From: a bacterium
GTDB taxonomy: Bacteria; Patescibacteriota; Doudnabacteria; UBA920
Assembly (NCBI GenBank): GCA_021825655.1
Contig: JAKAGU010000004.1
Coordinates: forward strand, 11,599-75,598
Length of the DNA stretch: 64,000 nucleotides
Reading direction: 5' to 3'
The number at the start of each line of letters is the position of its first letter. Positions within the stretch are counted from its first letter, which is position 1. Positions 1 through 9,130 of this stretch are shown here, piece by piece. Both the position numbers and the translations under genes were made by a program. The notes beneath the pieces were generated by a model. It ran no database searches and was not told where the DNA came from. It saw nothing but the letters and a program-made list of their open reading frames with translations.

Positions 1-385
1 GCCCCGTAAAGCCCGGGACCAGCAAATGCGTCAGCGGTTTGGAGAACAGCAGGAGCAGCAGGCAAAAGAGCGTCATGAAGCCAGCAGAAAAGTTGAGCAC
101 GGTGTTGGCGTTTTTTATGGCCCGCTGCTTGTCTTTAATCAGCAGGGAGGTAAACACGGGAATGAAAGCCACGGACAGCGTGCCCAAAACCAGCAGATTG
201 AAAATTAAATCCGGGATGCGGAAAGCGGCATAGTATGCGTCCAATATATCCCCCGCCCCGAACTTGGAAGCAAACAAGCGGTCGCGCAGCAGGCCCACCA
301 AGCGCGAGGCCAGCGTTAAAAAGCCCACGATGAGCGCGGCTTTGGAACTGTTAAAATTGGTTTCCAAATTTTTTAGGCCAAGCAT
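1..385 (-). CDS. murJ: Lipid II flippase MurJ (MviN), N-terminal part; runs off the window
   Basis: Not in ORF track. Manual translation from ATG 385: MLGLKNLETNFNSSKAALIVGFLTLASRLVGLLRDRLFASKFGAGDILDAYYAAFRIPDLIFNLL, the typical MurJ start (SRxxGxxRD...DAYxAAFRIPD). Confidence 0.93.
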   Translation of the reverse strand, partial: MLGLKNLETNFNSSKAALIVGFLTLASRLVGLLRDRLFASKFGAGDILDAYYAAFRIPDLIFNLLVLGTLSVAFIPVFTSLLIKDKQRAIKNANTVLNFSAGFMTLFCLLLLLFSKPLTHLLVPGFTG

Positions 386-392
386 AATTGGG

Positions 393-2564
393 TTAGCGCC
401 TTACGAACACGGCGCCCAGAACCTGGTCGCGGTTTAATTCCAAAGTTTGGGAGTACGAATCCGCAGTCAAGTCCTGCGGCTGGAAATTGGACCATTCCAA
501 ACGGCGGTTGTCGAAGTGCACTTCCTGGGTGAAATTCTGGTTCTGCGCGCCCGGCTGCTTTTGCAGCAGCAGGCTGTAACGGTCAATGTCTTTCAGTTTA
601 AACGGCAGCTGGTAGACCAAGTTTATGTCGCGCGTCTGCCCCCCGTCCAGCTTTTGCCAGTTCCCAAAGAACGTTTTCCCGCTTTCCGAGCCAATGGTCG
701 TGCCGCTGACCAGGTCGCGCACCGCGCCTTTTTCCCAAGCCATGACCTCGTCGTCGGTTTTTTGGTCCAAAGGTTTTTGCATATCCAATACTTTGTAATC
801 AAAACCCTGGTTTTCCAACAGCTTGGAGCCGGCGGGCACAAGCACGCGGATAAAGCTGTTGTTGAAAGTCTGGTCCAAAAGCGGCAGCTTGTTGTGCCGG
901 GTAATGGTCAGGTGGTTGGTTATCGTGCCGTCAGGCGCGATGTCCGTAACCAGCTTCATGCTTTGGTCCACGTAAAGGTCGCTTTTGGTGGCGCCTAAAT
1001 TAGCGCCCACAACCGACAAGTAGTCGCGGTCCGTGTCCAGGATGTGGCCGGACCAGTTAAAGCTCTGGTATAAATTCTGCAGCGGCTCGTTCCGGGAGTA
1101 TAGCAAAATTTGCTTCTCGTTCAAATTTTTCTGCAAGGCTTCCAAAAATTGCGGTTTTTGTTCGGGTTGGAGCTTGGCCAAACGGTCGAAAAGCACAGGC
1201 ACCAGGTCGGCCAAAATTTGTTTGGGTTTATTTTCCGGCATGGTGGCGTATTCCGAGCTGACCACCTGGGTCAGTTCCACAAAATTATCCGGCGTGAGGG
1301 TTACGTTGTACTTGGGCATATCCACGGGTCCGGTCAGGCGCAGCAAATCGATAATCAGGTTGGGCGTAAGGGCAATAATTATATCCGGCGTCTCCCCGCC
1401 TTCCTTTTCGTAAAAAGCGGACAGCTTGCGCGCGGAATCCGGAAAATCGGCAAACCAGTTGGCGTCGCGCATGTACCAGCGGTTGTTGACGTTGAGTACG
1501 GGCTGGGGCGGCGCAATGTTGTCCTGCAGCTGGCCGTCTAACGCGTAAATGCTGTCGACTTTCAGCGTGCTAATGTTGCCGTCCTTCACGTTCAGGCTAG
1601 CAAAGCTGCCGACAAACCCGCCGGTAGGCCTAAGTTCGTTGTTGTTTTCCAAGACGACCAGGATGCGGTTCTGGCCCGAAAAAGTCAGGCGGAAAAGCTC
1701 GAACAGGCTTTTCAGATTCTGGAAATTTTTTGCCAGTTCGGCAAAGCTGCCGGCTTTCTCCACATAACTTTCGCGGTAGCCTGCAGGCAGGCTGTTCGGG
1801 TCAATGTTCTGCAGGTTGTTTTCAATTAACGAAATCCCACGGCTGATTTTTGCCACCGAGGCTTCCATGCGGTCCATAAGCTCCGGGAACTGGGCATTGC
1901 CGGTGACAGCAAACCCCGCAGGCGTAATTTGCAGCTGGTTCATCTGCTCGGCGAATGCCGAAAACTCCGAGCCCACGCTGGCCGCCTGCTGAGCCGTTTG
2001 CACCAGCAAGTCCGCCTGGTGCTTGACCGGCGCCAAATTGACCAGGCCGCCCAGCATGCTGCCCATTTGTGTAAGTTCGTCCCGGCCTGTGTTAAAGCTG
2101 CGTTCCGCCAGGGCAAAACTGTTGCCCGCGGCCGTAAAGTTTTGCTCGCCTAAATCGGTTTTGGCTTTTTGGAACTGCTCCAGGCCCGCGGCCGTAAACT
2201 GCAAAACTTTGTTTTGGGTATCCACGGCCTTGGCGGCCAGGCGGAAACCCTCGATCAGGCCGAGGGGCAAAAGCAAGACAATAACGAACACGGTAAAGTT
2301 CATGGCCGGCCGCGCCTGGCTAAACTTGCGGAAGCGTTGCCTGAGCGACTTGCCCGTGCGCCGCCAGTCTGTGACGGAAAAAGCTTTTACGAGCCGGGAA
2401 AACTCGTACAGGACATAGCCCACCCAGTAAGCCACTTCGTATAACCCCCGGCCCAGCCAGAATAAAAACTTTTTGCCCGAAGGGTATTTGCGCTTTGGGC
2501 CATCGCTCAAGCGTAAAAAAGCCTGCTGGTGGTAGTAAAATTTAAATTTTTTGCGCTTGAGCAT
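393..2564 (-). CDS. DUF4012-family membrane-anchored protein
   Basis: 723 aa; TM near residue 90-105, helical region, then ENNNELRPTGGF and RDANWFADFP motifs characteristic of DUF4012. Confidence 0.75.
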   Translation of the reverse strand: MLKRKKFKFYYHQQAFLRLSDGPKRKYPSGKKFLFWLGRGLYEVAYWVGYVLYEFSRLVKAFSVTDWRRTGKSLRQRFRKFSQARPAMNFTVFVIVLLLPLGLIEGFRLAAKAVDTQNKVLQFTAAGLEQFQKAKTDLGEQNFTAAGNSFALAERSFNTGRDELTQMGSMLGGLVNLAPVKHQADLLVQTAQQAASVGSEFSAFAEQMNQLQITPAGFAVTGNAQFPELMDRMEASVAKISRGISLIENNLQNIDPNSLPAGYRESYVEKAGSFAELAKNFQNLKSLFELFRLTFSGQNRILVVLENNNELRPTGGFVGSFASLNVKDGNISTLKVDSIYALDGQLQDNIAPPQPVLNVNNRWYMRDANWFADFPDSARKLSAFYEKEGGETPDIIIALTPNLIIDLLRLTGPVDMPKYNVTLTPDNFVELTQVVSSEYATMPENKPKQILADLVPVLFDRLAKLQPEQKPQFLEALQKNLNEKQILLYSRNEPLQNLYQSFNWSGHILDTDRDYLSVVGANLGATKSDLYVDQSMKLVTDIAPDGTITNHLTITRHNKLPLLDQTFNNSFIRVLVPAGSKLLENQGFDYKVLDMQKPLDQKTDDEVMAWEKGAVRDLVSGTTIGSESGKTFFGNWQKLDGGQTRDINLVYQLPFKLKDIDRYSLLLQKQPGAQNQNFTQEVHFDNRRLEWSNFQPQDLTADSYSQTLELNRDQVLGAVFVRR

Positions 2565-2568
2565 GGCT

Positions 2569-3672
2569 TTAAGTTTTGGCTTGCCTGGAAATATTCAGCA
2601 AAACGCCTACGGCAGACAGGTTAATCAGCATGGCAGAGCTGCCATAGCTGAAAAAAGGCAGCGGAATGCCGGTTAAAGGCAGTAGTTTAACCATGGCCCC
2701 GATGTTGATAATGGCCTGCAAAGCAATCCAGGCCGTAATTCCAAAAGCGGTGAGGCGGCCAAATTCGTCGGGCGCTTTTTTGGCCAGAGCAATGCCGCGG
2801 ATTAAAAAGGCGACAAATAGAGCGAGAATGGCGGTAATCCGGATAAAGCCCAATTCTTCGGCCGTGACCGCAAAAATGGAATCGCCCATGACTTCGGGCA
2901 GGTAGCTGTGTTTTTGGCGCGAAAGGCCGTAGCCATAACCCCACAGCCCGCCGGAACCCACGGCCAAAAGCGCTTGGTTGACATGATAGCTAATGCCTTG
3001 CGGATCGGAGGCGGGATTAAGGAAAGCGGTAATGCGCTTTAAGCGGTAGGGCTCGAAGTGGACAATGGCGTAAGTCAGCAGGAATCCGGATACTGCGGCC
3101 CAGAACAAATATTTCCAGTTAACGCCTCCGACAATCAGCATAAAAAAAGACACGCCCACGAGCACGGACATGGTGCCAAAATCAGGCTGCCACAAAATCA
3201 TGCCCGCAAATAAGGCCACAATTATCAGCGACGGCAGGAGGCCTAAGGTAAAATCGTTAATGGCCTTGCCTTTTTTTCCAATCCAGGCGGCAATATAAAA
3301 AACCAGGACGATTTTGGCCAGCTCTGCGGGCTGAAAAGTGGTGAAGCCCAAATTCAGCCAGCGGCTCGCCCCGCCCGCGGACACGCCCAGAGGCGTAAGC
3401 TTGGTGGCCGCCAATAAGCCCAAGGAGATTACCACCAGCAAGGGTAAATTTTTCTGCCAAAAATGGTAATCGATCCGGGAAGCAACGTACATGCCGATAA
3501 GCCCGAACACCACCCCGCTCAGCAGCTGCTTTTGTATGTAGTATGTGGAATTGCCCGAATGCTTGAAAGACTCCACGGCTGAAGCTGAGTAAAGGGAAAC
3601 TAAACCCACGGCCAAAAGGGCCAGAGTGATGCCCAGCAAAGCATAATCGAAGTTGGCGCTTTTTTTGACCAT
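2569..3672 (-). CDS. ftsW: SEDS peptidoglycan polymerase FtsW
   Basis: Polytopic; GASRWL, FQPAELAK, QPDFGT, LPLTGIPLPFFSYGSS motifs; follows murD. Confidence 0.92.
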   Translation of the reverse strand: MVKKSANFDYALLGITLALLAVGLVSLYSASAVESFKHSGNSTYYIQKQLLSGVVFGLIGMYVASRIDYHFWQKNLPLLVVISLGLLAATKLTPLGVSAGGASRWLNLGFTTFQPAELAKIVLVFYIAAWIGKKGKAINDFTLGLLPSLIIVALFAGMILWQPDFGTMSVLVGVSFFMLIVGGVNWKYLFWAAVSGFLLTYAIVHFEPYRLKRITAFLNPASDPQGISYHVNQALLAVGSGGLWGYGYGLSRQKHSYLPEVMGDSIFAVTAEELGFIRITAILALFVAFLIRGIALAKKAPDEFGRLTAFGITAWIALQAIINIGAMVKLLPLTGIPLPFFSYGSSAMLINLSAVGVLLNISRQAKT

Positions 3673-3678
3673 AGAAAA

Positions 3679-5040
3679 TTATTTAACGAGGCGCTTAAAA
3701 GTTTCGCCGCGCTGTTTGTAGTTTTTAAACATATCAAAGGAGGCGCAGGCCGGACTGAGCAGCACCACATCGCCTTTTTTGGCCGCAGACCGGGCCTGCT
3801 GGAACACGGCGGAAAAAGTATTGCGGCCTGCGGTGATTTTTTCCGCGGGCACGCGGGCACGCTTCAGTGCAGCCAGAATGCGCGGCGCTTCGCTGCCGTA
3901 GACGACGGCCTTGCGCAGGTTTTTCTGTTCGGCCAGCATTTTAGCTAACGGCCGAAAATCGGAATTTTTACCCGAACCTCCGAGCAGCAGCACAACGGGC
4001 TTCCTAAAGGCCCGGACTGCCGCCATGGTGGTTTCCGGAATAGTGGAAAAGGAGTCGTTGTAGAACTTAACCCCGGCTTTTTGCCCCGCAAACTCCAATC
4101 GGTGTTCCAGACCGCGGAATCGGCGCAAAACTTTTCTGATTGGTCCCAAGCCGCAGCCGGCCAGATGGGCCGCTTCGCTCGCGGCGCAGGCGTTTTCCCA
4201 GTTGTGCTCGCCAATCAGCGCCAGTTCGGATACGGGGATAATTGGTAAAACCTGTTTGCCTTTTTTGAGTACAATCTTCCCGTTTAACACGCAGCAGCCC
4301 TGGGACACGCTTCCAAAACGGCTGACATAACTTTTTTGCCCCCGGCCCAGCCGGCCCACGGCTTTGGAACCCGGGTAATCCCGGTTAAGGACAGTAAAAT
4401 CTTTTTTTTGCTGAAACCGGGTAATCCCGGTTTTGCTTTGCCAGTAGTCCCTGCGATTTTTGTGCCAGTTCAAATGTTCGCTAGTGGTCATCAGTACCAC
4501 GGCAATGTGCGGGCTGGCCTGGACGTCGCGCAACTGGAAACTGGAAAGTTCAAAGACTACCCAGTCGGCCGGCTTAAGCTTATCGTAAATTTCGAAAGCT
4601 TGAAGTTTGCCGATATTGCCCGTAAGGTAAGCGGGGCGGCCGGCCGCTTTCAGCATTTCGTAGACAAGCGTGCTGGTTGTGCCCTTGCCTTTGGTGCCGG
4701 TTACCCCGATTGTGCGCCGGCTGTGGGCTTTTAAAAATTCCGCGGTTTGGCTGGTCACCTTTGCTGTTTTAGGCAGCCGTTTTAGCTCTCTCGGCGGAAT
4801 TCCCGGACTTTTAAAAATAATCTCAAAGCCCTGGAGCTTGGAAAAGGCCAGCTTGCCGAATACCGCGGCCGTGCAGTGCCGCTTTATGAATTGGCGGTCT
4901 GTCACGGAAAAGCCATTTGCCGGACTTTGATCAAAGAGCACGGGTTTTATGCCGTGCCTTGAGAGGTAGCCTATGACTGTTTTGCCTTCCACGCCGAAAC
5001 CCAAAACAGCAATTTTTTTCTGGCGCAACTCGCTTAGCAT
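3679..5040 (-). CDS. murD: UDP-MurNAc-L-Ala:D-Glu ligase
   Basis: GTKGKGTT, ELSSFQL, GLEHRLE, NDS, LLSPACASFDMFKNYKQRG. Confidence 0.95.
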   Translation of the reverse strand: MLSELRQKKIAVLGFGVEGKTVIGYLSRHGIKPVLFDQSPANGFSVTDRQFIKRHCTAAVFGKLAFSKLQGFEIIFKSPGIPPRELKRLPKTAKVTSQTAEFLKAHSRRTIGVTGTKGKGTTSTLVYEMLKAAGRPAYLTGNIGKLQAFEIYDKLKPADWVVFELSSFQLRDVQASPHIAVVLMTTSEHLNWHKNRRDYWQSKTGITRFQQKKDFTVLNRDYPGSKAVGRLGRGQKSYVSRFGSVSQGCCVLNGKIVLKKGKQVLPIIPVSELALIGEHNWENACAASEAAHLAGCGLGPIRKVLRRFRGLEHRLEFAGQKAGVKFYNDSFSTIPETTMAAVRAFRKPVVLLLGGSGKNSDFRPLAKMLAEQKNLRKAVVYGSEAPRILAALKRARVPAEKITAGRNTFSAVFQQARSAAKKGDVVLLSPACASFDMFKNYKQRGETFKRLVK

Positions 5041-5042
5041 GT

Positions 5043-6608
5043 CTAGCTTTTCCTTAATACATAGCCGGGCAGCTGGCTGGTGAGCTTGCCTTCAGCCAGC
5101 GCGGGTTTGCCGTTAACGAATACGTAATCGATCCCTTGGCTGAACTGGTAAGGGTTTTGGTAGCTGGCTTGGGAGCTAATTTTAGCCGGATCGAAAATGA
5201 CCAAATCCGCAAAATTGCCAATTTTAATTTCACCCCGCTTTTTGAGGCCAATCTTGGCTGCTGGCCCCGAGGTCAGTTTCTTAATGGCTTTTTCCAAAGG
5301 CATGGCATTTTCAGCCAGTGCCATGTGCAAAAACTTCGGGGCGCTGCCGAAGCAGCGCGGGTGTACCAGCTTGTCTTTGACGGTTTCCGGAAAACCGCCG
5401 CCATCCGTAGCCACAAACGAGAGCGGATGGAAAATAGCCTGTTTAACCTGGTCGGGATTGAGGCTTTCCTCAAAGACCAGAACCTCGCTGCCGCCGTTCT
5501 GGATAATATGCAAAACCGCCTGTTCGCTGGAGACCTCCATGTTTTTGGCAATCTGCCCGATGGTCTTGCCCATGAAATTCAGCTTATTGGCCGTGGAGGC
5601 CACCAGCATGGAAGGAAATTTGACGTTGAGGTTGTTGAGATAGGCCAAAATTTTATTTTTCTGGGTGGGGTTTTCAAAATGCTTGAGCATTACCTGGCGC
5701 CCGCCCTCAATCGCCCAGCGCGGCAGATAGGCGTACAGCGGCTGCCAGATAGCAGTGTAAGGGTAGGCGTCAAAATGCACGTTATAGCCTTTGTGGTAGG
5801 CGTTTTCGATTTTCTGGATGACTTCCTCGAATTTCTGCCAGTTGTTTTCGTTGCGGACTTTGAAATGGGAGATTTTCAAGTTGACTTCCGTGCTGCGCGC
5901 AATGTCCAGGGATTCTTCCACAGCCTCGGAAACCTCCGAACCTTCACTGCGCAAATGGATGGAAAACAGGGCTTTTTTCTGAGTCAGAATTTTTGCCAGC
6001 TCGTACAGTTCGATTTCGGAAATAATAATCTCGTGCGAGTAGGACAGGCCGCTGGACATGCCAAAGGCGCCGGCATCAATGCTTTCGGACAAGAATTTCT
6101 TTAAGGCCGCCAGCTCTTCTTTTTCCAGGCTGCGCACCTGGTCGCCGACGATGCCTCGCCTCAAAGTGGAATACCCCACCAGGCTGGCCACGTTGCAGGC
6201 AAAACGGTGACGGGAAAGCTCCTCGATGTACTCGCTAAACGATTGCCAGTTGATGTTTGTGCCTTCCAGGTTGTGCCATTTCTGCACGGACAAAAGCGCA
6301 TCGTGCGACAAAAGCGGCGCTAAACTGGCTCCGCAGTTGCCAATGACGATGCTGGTAAAGCCCTGGGTAATTAGGCTGTCAAACCGCGGATTGTCAAAAA
6401 CCTGCCAATAGCTGTCGCTGTGGTTCTGCAAATCAACAAAGCCCGGAGCCAGCACTTTGCCGCCCGCATCAATAACACTTTCCGCCTCAATGTTGATACT
6501 CTGGTCAATATTGACAATCTTGTCGCCCTGAATGGCCACGTCGGCCTTGCGGGGCGGCTCGCCGGTGCCGTCCACCAGCTGGCAATTTTTGATTAACAGC
6601 GAATACAT
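5043..6608 (-). CDS. D-aminoacylase / N-acyl-D-amino-acid deacylase family amidohydrolase
   Basis: LVDGTG, PGFVDLQNHSD, GNCG, HLRSE, SHFK, ATDGG, HPRCFG, RGEIKIGNFADLVIFDP. Confidence 0.85.
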   Translation of the reverse strand: MYSLLIKNCQLVDGTGEPPRKADVAIQGDKIVNIDQSINIEAESVIDAGGKVLAPGFVDLQNHSDSYWQVFDNPRFDSLITQGFTSIVIGNCGASLAPLLSHDALLSVQKWHNLEGTNINWQSFSEYIEELSRHRFACNVASLVGYSTLRRGIVGDQVRSLEKEELAALKKFLSESIDAGAFGMSSGLSYSHEIIISEIELYELAKILTQKKALFSIHLRSEGSEVSEAVEESLDIARSTEVNLKISHFKVRNENNWQKFEEVIQKIENAYHKGYNVHFDAYPYTAIWQPLYAYLPRWAIEGGRQVMLKHFENPTQKNKILAYLNNLNVKFPSMLVASTANKLNFMGKTIGQIAKNMEVSSEQAVLHIIQNGGSEVLVFEESLNPDQVKQAIFHPLSFVATDGGGFPETVKDKLVHPRCFGSAPKFLHMALAENAMPLEKAIKKLTSGPAAKIGLKKRGEIKIGNFADLVIFDPAKISSQASYQNPYQFSQGIDYVFVNGKPALAEGKLTSQLPGYVLRKS

Positions 6609-6612
6609 AAGG

Positions 6613-7650
6613 TTAAGTTATGAAATAAATGATAACGCCGACAATGCTCATGACCGCGGAAATAATCCAAAAGCGCATGGTGATTTTTGTTTCCGGCCAG
6701 CCAATCGCCTGAAAATGGTTGTGCAAAGGCGAGGAAAGGAAAACCTTCCGGCCCAGAAATTTTTTGGAAAAAATTTGGATAATCGTGGAAAGCGCTTCCA
6801 GTAAAAAAATTACGCCGATAATCGGAATAAGCAGCACGGAGTTGGTGAGGAAAGCAACCACGGCGAGGAGCACGCCCAGCCCCATGGAGCCCGTATCGCC
6901 CATAAAGAACCGGGCGGGATGGACATTAAACCACAGAAAAGCCAGAAGCGAACCGCATACCACGCCAAGCAGGCTGGCTAAGTCGTTTTTGCCCTGAATG
7001 TAGGCAATCAGCGCGAAACCGAAGAAGGCCAAAGAAAGTATTCCGCCGGCCAAGCCGTCCAGACCGTCCGTCTGGTTGACCGAAAAGCTGGTTGCCACCA
7101 CCGTGAAGATAAAAAACGGAATGTACCACCAGCCCAGATCGATAGAGCCGTAGAACGGCACGTGGATGGAGGAAAAATCCAGTTTGAAGTAAAACCACCA
7201 AGCGCCAATGGCCGCCACCAGCACGTAAAGCCAGAGTTTGGAACGGAATCTCAGCCCCCGGCCGTTGTGGCCAAGGCGCCGGGCATCCAGCCAATCATCA
7301 ACCAAACCCACCAGCGAAGCCCCCAAAAAAGCGCCTAAAGGCAGCAGGGTTTCTTTGCGCGTCAAAAAATTCAAATGTGCGGCCCAGGACCAGTCCGTAA
7401 AAGTTTTTAGCAGCCAGAGTAAACCGGCCAAGGCGCAGGTCGTGCCCCAAACCAGAACGCCGCCCATTGTTGGCGTGCCTGCCTTGCTGGCATGAAGCTT
7501 GGAAAAGAGCGGCGTGCTGCCGTCGTTGCGGATCTGCTTACCCAGCTTGTTGCGGTAAAGAAAGGCGGTTAAAAGCGGGGTTGCCAGGAAAGCGGCAATA
7601 AAAGAAAGCGAGGATAACGTGAAAATCTTGTTGAGGATTGAGTCAACCAT
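6613..7650 (-). CDS. mraY: Phospho-MurNAc-pentapeptide transferase
   Basis: KAGTPTMGG, VGLVDD, NQTDGLDGL, FMGDTGS, PLHNHF. Confidence 0.96.
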   Translation of the reverse strand: MVDSILNKIFTLSSLSFIAAFLATPLLTAFLYRNKLGKQIRNDGSTPLFSKLHASKAGTPTMGGVLVWGTTCALAGLLWLLKTFTDWSWAAHLNFLTRKETLLPLGAFLGASLVGLVDDWLDARRLGHNGRGLRFRSKLWLYVLVAAIGAWWFYFKLDFSSIHVPFYGSIDLGWWYIPFFIFTVVATSFSVNQTDGLDGLAGGILSLAFFGFALIAYIQGKNDLASLLGVVCGSLLAFLWFNVHPARFFMGDTGSMGLGVLLAVVAFLTNSVLLIPIIGVIFLLEALSTIIQIFSKKFLGRKVFLSSPLHNHFQAIGWPETKITMRFWIISAVMSIVGVIIYFIT

Positions 7651-7659
7651 ATTGGCTTT

Positions 7660-7668
7660 ATTTTACCA
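7660..7668 (-). promoter_or_regulatory. Extended -10 element (TGGTAAAAT) for mraY operon
   Basis: TG-N-TAAAAT ends 9 nt before the mraY ATG. Confidence 0.55.
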
Positions 7669-7692
7669 CAAAACGCGTCTTTTCCCAAATAA

Positions 7693-8670
7693 CTACTTAG
7701 CCAAATGGAAATTCTTCGTTACTTCATCTATCAGCTTTAAGGCATCCGCTTCCCTGTTCAGGCTGCCCAGGACAATCACCACCACGGGACGCCCTTCAAA
7801 GTAGGTTTTCAGGGCAATGGAGCCCAAGGTGGTTTCGGTGTAGCCTGTCTTAATCGCATAAATGTTTTTTCTGCTGCCCACCAGCTTATTGGTGGCGCGC
7901 GCCCGGTAGGTTTCATTAAAACTGCCTTTAAACGAATACCCGGTTTTAGATTCCAGAGCGGTAAATGCCCGCAGCTGCTGGGTTTGGTTAACCAGTTTTT
8001 TTAAATCATTGGCCGTAGAATAATTGTTTCCGTAGTCAAACCCGAACGGATTGCCAAAATGAGAATTGTTCATACCCAAGCCTTGGGCTGCTTGGTTCAT
8101 CAAGGTTACTGTGCTTTGCCCGGTCTGGGTTTTTACGACAAAAGCCAATACGCCGGCAGCGTCATTTTCCGAGCCCACCAGCATTGCATTGAAAATATCC
8201 AGGGTTTTAATCCGGTCGCCGGGCCTAAGTTTCAGGCTTGGGCTAATGCTGGAATCTGTGCTGGAAGGCACGGTAATCTCCCCTGCCATGTTTAACTGCT
8301 GGTAAGCCGTGTAAGCCGTAAGCAGCTTAGTCAGGCTGGCAATACCCAAACGCTGGTCCGGGTCGCGGGCCAGCAAATCCTGTCCGGTCTCGGCGTCATA
8401 GACTAAAAAACTCTTGGCAGACACGCCATCCAGCTGCAATTGCCCGGTTTCCTCAAACAGGCTGGGTAAAATGGGCTGCTCCGGCCCACGGAGCGGAGCG
8501 GAAATGGCTCCCAGAACCTGGGGCGCGGGATTCTGGGCCGCAAACCCGCGCGGAGCAGATCCGGGTTTAAAAAAAATCCACAACCCGAGCCCGGCCATGG
8601 CTGCAAAATTAAAAAAAACCGCGCCCCAGAACACCCTTTTTAAAAGTTTTTGTTTTTGTGCCTGCTCCAT
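7693..8670 (-). CDS. D-Ala-D-Ala carboxypeptidase (peptidase S11)
   Basis: N-terminal TM; SxxK (SLTK), SxN (SEN), KTG triad; start moved to ATG 8670 because ATG 8691 overlaps a TATAAT. Confidence 0.88.
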   Translation of the reverse strand: MEQAQKQKLLKRVFWGAVFFNFAAMAGLGLWIFFKPGSAPRGFAAQNPAPQVLGAISAPLRGPEQPILPSLFEETGQLQLDGVSAKSFLVYDAETGQDLLARDPDQRLGIASLTKLLTAYTAYQQLNMAGEITVPSSTDSSISPSLKLRPGDRIKTLDIFNAMLVGSENDAAGVLAFVVKTQTGQSTVTLMNQAAQGLGMNNSHFGNPFGFDYGNNYSTANDLKKLVNQTQQLRAFTALESKTGYSFKGSFNETYRARATNKLVGSRKNIYAIKTGYTETTLGSIALKTYFEGRPVVVIVLGSLNREADALKLIDEVTKNFHLAK

Positions 8671-8703
8671 GTAAAATGTGTATATTCTCATTATAAAGCA
8701 TGG

Positions 8704-8732
8704 TTGACAAAAGAAAAAATTGTGGATAAGAT
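8704..8732 (+). promoter_or_regulatory. Sigma70 promoter of trxA with overlapping DnaA-box consensus
   Basis: TTGACA(8704-8709), 17 bp, TAAGAT(8727-8732); TGTGGATAA at 8721-8729. Confidence 0.7.
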
Positions 8733-8764
8733 GAATTGCAGATTAAAAAATATCCCAACAAAAT

Positions 8765-9085
8765 ATGAGTGAAATCACTTTAAACAGCGGCAATTTTGAA
8801 AAAGAAGTCTTAAACTCGCCCATTCCGGTACTCGTGGACTTTTGGGCCGTATGGTGCGGGCCTTGCCGGGCCGTGGCCCCGGTAATTGAAGAACTGGCCA
8901 AGGAATACGAAGGCAAAATCAAGGTAGGCAAGGTGAACGTGGATGAAAATAACGAACTGGCTTCGCGTTACGGCGTAATGAGCATCCCAACTATGAAATA
9001 TTTCAAAGACGGCAAGATAGTCAACGAGATAATCGGCGCAGCACCCAAAGCCCAATTTGAAGAAGCCATTAAAAAGCTTGTATAA
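8765..9085 (+). CDS. trxA: Thioredoxin
   Basis: 106 aa, VDFWAVWCGPC, GVMSIPT. Confidence 0.96.
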   Translation: MSEITLNSGNFEKEVLNSPIPVLVDFWAVWCGPCRAVAPVIEELAKEYEGKIKVGKVNVDENNELASRYGVMSIPTMKYFKDGKIVNEIIGAAPKAQFEEAIKKLV

Positions 9086-9100
9086 AGTTGTCTGAATTTA

Positions 9101-9128
9101 AAAAAACCTCCCTTTCGGGAGGTTTTTT
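9101..9128. terminator. Bidirectional intrinsic terminator
   Basis: AAAAAACCTCCC-TTTC-GGGAGGTTTTTT between convergent trxA and ATPase genes. Confidence 0.9.
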
Positions 9129-9130
9129 GT

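Noticed and set aside
5136-6104. 322-aa plus-strand ORF, and similar long antisense ORFs (41240, 47356, 60435)
   Set aside because: Shadow frames opposite well-supported genes, with no motifs
8692-8764. Replication origin
   Set aside because: Only one DnaA box in a short gap, no dnaA/dnaN, and no lasting switch in gene orientation
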